Origin: an uncultured delta proteobacterium | Lineage (GTDB): Bacteria > Myxococcota > Myxococcia > Myxococcales > Anaeromyxobacteraceae | Assembly (NCBI GenBank): GCA_963814585.1 | Contig: CAWFDF010000012.1 | Location: forward strand, 384,001-448,000 | Length of the DNA: 64,000 bases | Direction: 5' to 3' | In this document: in pieces, positions 61,941 through 64,000 of the stretch | How positions within the stretch are numbered: position 1 is the stretch's first letter | Layout of the letters: each line of letters begins with the position of its first letter | Notes under the pieces: model-generated | What the model saw: only the letters and a program-made list of their open reading frames with translations | What the model was told of the DNA's origin: nothing | Database searches by the model: none | Translations under genes and position numbers: made by a program

Positions 61941-63293
61941 TCAGCTCGACGGCGTGAAGAGGAAGGGGTACTCGACCGTGACCGGGCCGCTGGGACGGAA
62001 CTGGGTGCGCCAGCTGCGCAGGGTGGTCGTGATGCAGCTCGCCACCTCGGGTGCGCCCAGCGTGTTCTGGGTCGCCACGACGTCGGTCACGCCCCCGGTC
62101 TGGAGGATGGTGAAGCGGATCACCAGCCGGCCCTTCAGGCTCGGGTTCCGCTTCAGGGCGTTCTCGTAGCAGGACTTGATGAGCCCCATGCGCGCCCGGA
62201 CGAAGGCTCCCAGCCTGGCCTGGTCGATGTCTCCGGAGTCGATCTCGGCGGCCTCGGTGGCCACCGTGCCGGTGACCTTGACCTCGGTCTTGGCGCCGTA
62301 GGCGACGGCCCCGCCCCCGCCGGTGGCCAGGCTGCCGATGCTGGCCGCCCCGCCCTGCCCGCCGCCCTTGCGCCCGCCGCCGGCGCCCGGATCGGTGGCC
62401 AGCGCCACGCCGCCGGCGCCGGAGAGGGCGGTGGCCACGTCGGTCATCCCGCCGCCCGCCCCGAAGACGTCCGCCACCGCCCCACCACCGGTGCCGGGGC
62501 CGATCGAGCCGAGCACCTTGAGCATGCCCTTCGACTGGACGGCCCTGGCCACCGCCGCCGCGCGAGCCGCCTTTCGCGCCGCCGCCTGCTCGGTGGACTC
62601 GGGCTTCGGCTCGGCCTTCCTGGCCTCGGCCTCGGCCTTCTTCTCCTCGACCTTCCTCTCCTCGGCCGCGGCCCGGGGCTCCTCCTTCTTCTCGACGGGC
62701 GGGGCCGGGACCTTGTCGGGGATCAGCAACCTGGCGTAGCGGTCGGGGATCTCCTCGATGGTGATCTCGGGCGGCAGCTCGCTGGCGGAAAGCGCCAGGT
62801 AGAGGCTGCCGTGGGTGATCAAGGAGGCCACCAGGACCGTGGCGAAGAGCCGGTCCAGGCTCCTGAAGCGGTTGCCGCGCGCGTCCGGCGGGAGCACCGG
62901 CCGCGGGGCCTCGAGGGGTGGCGCCACGAACTGCCAGAGCAGCGTCACCTCGCCGAGGGTGAGCCGGCCGCGCTGCGACGCCGTGATCGGGACGGAGTGC
63001 CCTACCCCTTCCCTGCGGGCCTGGCCCTGCGCCACCAGCGCGGCGAGGTCGGTGGCCCCGGAGTCGTCCTGCACCCGCCCGTCCATCCCCTCCTGGAAGC
63101 AGAGGCGGTAGTCGTCGCCGTGGACGGTGAAGGCGGTGAAGGTGTCGGGGAGGTTGGAGAGCGGGATGACGATGGTGTTCCTGGAGAGCGTCCCGACGGT
63201 GATCGGGTGGCGCGCCGGGAAGATGCGCTCCTCGACGATCTTCCCGCCCTGGATCACGCCGAGCCGAAGCACCTTGGACTGCGGAGCCGCCAT
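61941..63293 (-). CDS. GltG/PglI/AgmX-like protein (FHA-like N-terminus, TM, TonB-C-like domain)
   Basis: LRLGVIQGGKIVEERI, RGRLTLGEVTLLWQFV, IPDRYARL, IKSCYENALKRNPSLKGRLVIRFTI, VEYPFLF. Confidence 0.85.
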   Translation of the reverse strand: MAAPQSKVLRLGVIQGGKIVEERIFPARHPITVGTLSRNTIVIPLSNLPDTFTAFTVHGDDYRLCFQEGMDGRVQDDSGATDLAALVAQGQARREGVGHSVPITASQRGRLTLGEVTLLWQFVAPPLEAPRPVLPPDARGNRFRSLDRLFATVLVASLITHGSLYLALSASELPPEITIEEIPDRYARLLIPDKVPAPPVEKKEEPRAAAEERKVEEKKAEAEARKAEPKPESTEQAAARKAARAAAVARAVQSKGMLKVLGSIGPGTGGGAVADVFGAGGGMTDVATALSGAGGVALATDPGAGGGRKGGGQGGAASIGSLATGGGGAVAYGAKTEVKVTGTVATEAAEIDSGDIDQARLGAFVRARMGLIKSCYENALKRNPSLKGRLVIRFTILQTGGVTDVVATQNTLGAPEVASCITTTLRSWRTQFRPSGPVTVEYPFLFTPSS

Positions 63294-63330
63294 CTCGCTC
63301 TTCACCTGTCTGGTTGACGTCCGGGTCCGA

Positions 63331-63618
63331 CTAGAACGGCGGCTTGGTGACGGCCTTCGACACCTTGGGGAGGAACGACTCGGAGCGGTCGAGCGCTCCG
63401 ACGTTCAGGTTGGCCCTCGGCATCAGGAACATCGCCTGGGGCTTCCGGATCCGGCCCTCGACCTTCATCTCCTCCAGCCGCAGGACCCTCGTCGGCGCGG
63501 CCCTCGTGGTCTGCGTGGCTGCTGCGGTGGCGGGTGGCACGGCACCGACCCGCGCCGGAGCGACCGTCGAGATGGTTAGCATGGCGCCCGAGAGCGCGAC
63601 AAGCGACCGGAGCCTCAT
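63331..63618 (-). CDS. GltF/CglF-like small secreted protein
   Basis: Signal peptide; LRLEEMKVEGRIRKPQAMFLMPR, RSESFLPKV; lies between gltE-like and gltG-like genes. Confidence 0.7.
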   Translation of the reverse strand: MRLRSLVALSGAMLTISTVAPARVGAVPPATAAATQTTRAAPTRVLRLEEMKVEGRIRKPQAMFLMPRANLNVGALDRSESFLPKVSKAVTKPPF

Positions 63619-64000
63619 CAGGTGGCGCCTCCTTCCTTGACCCGCGGCGTGGCCGGCCCGGAGCCGGTGGGTGGTGGTGCGTTCCCGCGAACCTCGGTCT
63701 CCTCGCGGAGCCGATCCCTCTCCTCCCGCGCCAGCCGCTTCCTCTCGCGCTCGAGCTCCCGCGCGGCGTCCTGGCGGAAGCCCGCCACCCGCGGCTCCTG
63801 GCCGCCGTGGCCCTGGTACTCGTCGAGCCAGGCCAGTCCCTGCTCGAGGCGCTGGAGCGTCGGCAGCCCCGGAGCGGGCACGTCCAGGTGGAGGAGCGCC
63901 AGGTTGTAGCGGGCGTCGTTCAGCGCGGGATCGAGGTGCAGCGCCCGCCGGTAGGCGGCCTCCGCCTTCTCGAACGCCTGCAGGCCGCGATGGGCGTTGC
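63618..64000 (-). CDS. TPR protein, GltE/AglT-like (5' part outside the window)
   Basis: NAHRGLQAFEKAEAAYRRALHLDPALNDARYNLALLHLD, then a charged coiled coil; stop overlaps the next ATG. Confidence 0.7.
   Translation of the reverse strand, partial: NAHRGLQAFEKAEAAYRRALHLDPALNDARYNLALLHLDVPAPGLPTLQRLEQGLAWLDEYQGHGGQEPRVAGFRQDAARELERERKRLAREERDRLREETEVRGNAPPPTGSGPATPRVKEGGAT

Overview
Very GC-rich window whose gene content looks myxobacterial (Anaeromyxobacter-like; an inference from gene content). Layout: (1) 1-20.8 kb: a Wzx/Wzy exopolysaccharide locus resembling the Myxococcus eps pathway (short OPX, outer-membrane beta-barrel, kinase-less co-polymerase, Wzy, Wzx, WcaJ/EpsZ-type priming transferase, GT2s, WecG/TagA, GH44, PilZ). 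It carries an unusual set of tailoring enzymes: an acetyltransferase-FkbH fusion, an ATP-grasp ligase, an atypical fold-III PLP decarboxylase, a GT2-serine acetyltransferase fusion and a methyltransferase. (2) 20.8-34 kb: a 2061-aa repeat lipoprotein and an accessory patch (DUF2461, VOC, a broken Ser/Thr kinase-TPR gene, a Doc-like remnant, a methyltransferase) ending at the 3' end of rnpB. (3) rnpB, nth and ltaE. (4) A ~2830-aa lipoprotein with twelve near-identical 109-aa repeats, overlapping an upstream Ig-like/C-terminal beta-barrel gene. (5) M23-beta-helix-pssA-pgpA-cinA converging on comM-recA, which has a sigma54-type motif. (6) A glt-like (gltE/F/G) cluster followed by an FG-GAP/Ig-repeat protein, a second beta-barrel and a second OPX. 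At least 14 single-base frameshifts, some in housekeeping genes, are most likely sequencing or assembly indels; coordinates are for the reconstructed genes. All family calls come from reading motifs by eye; no searches were run.
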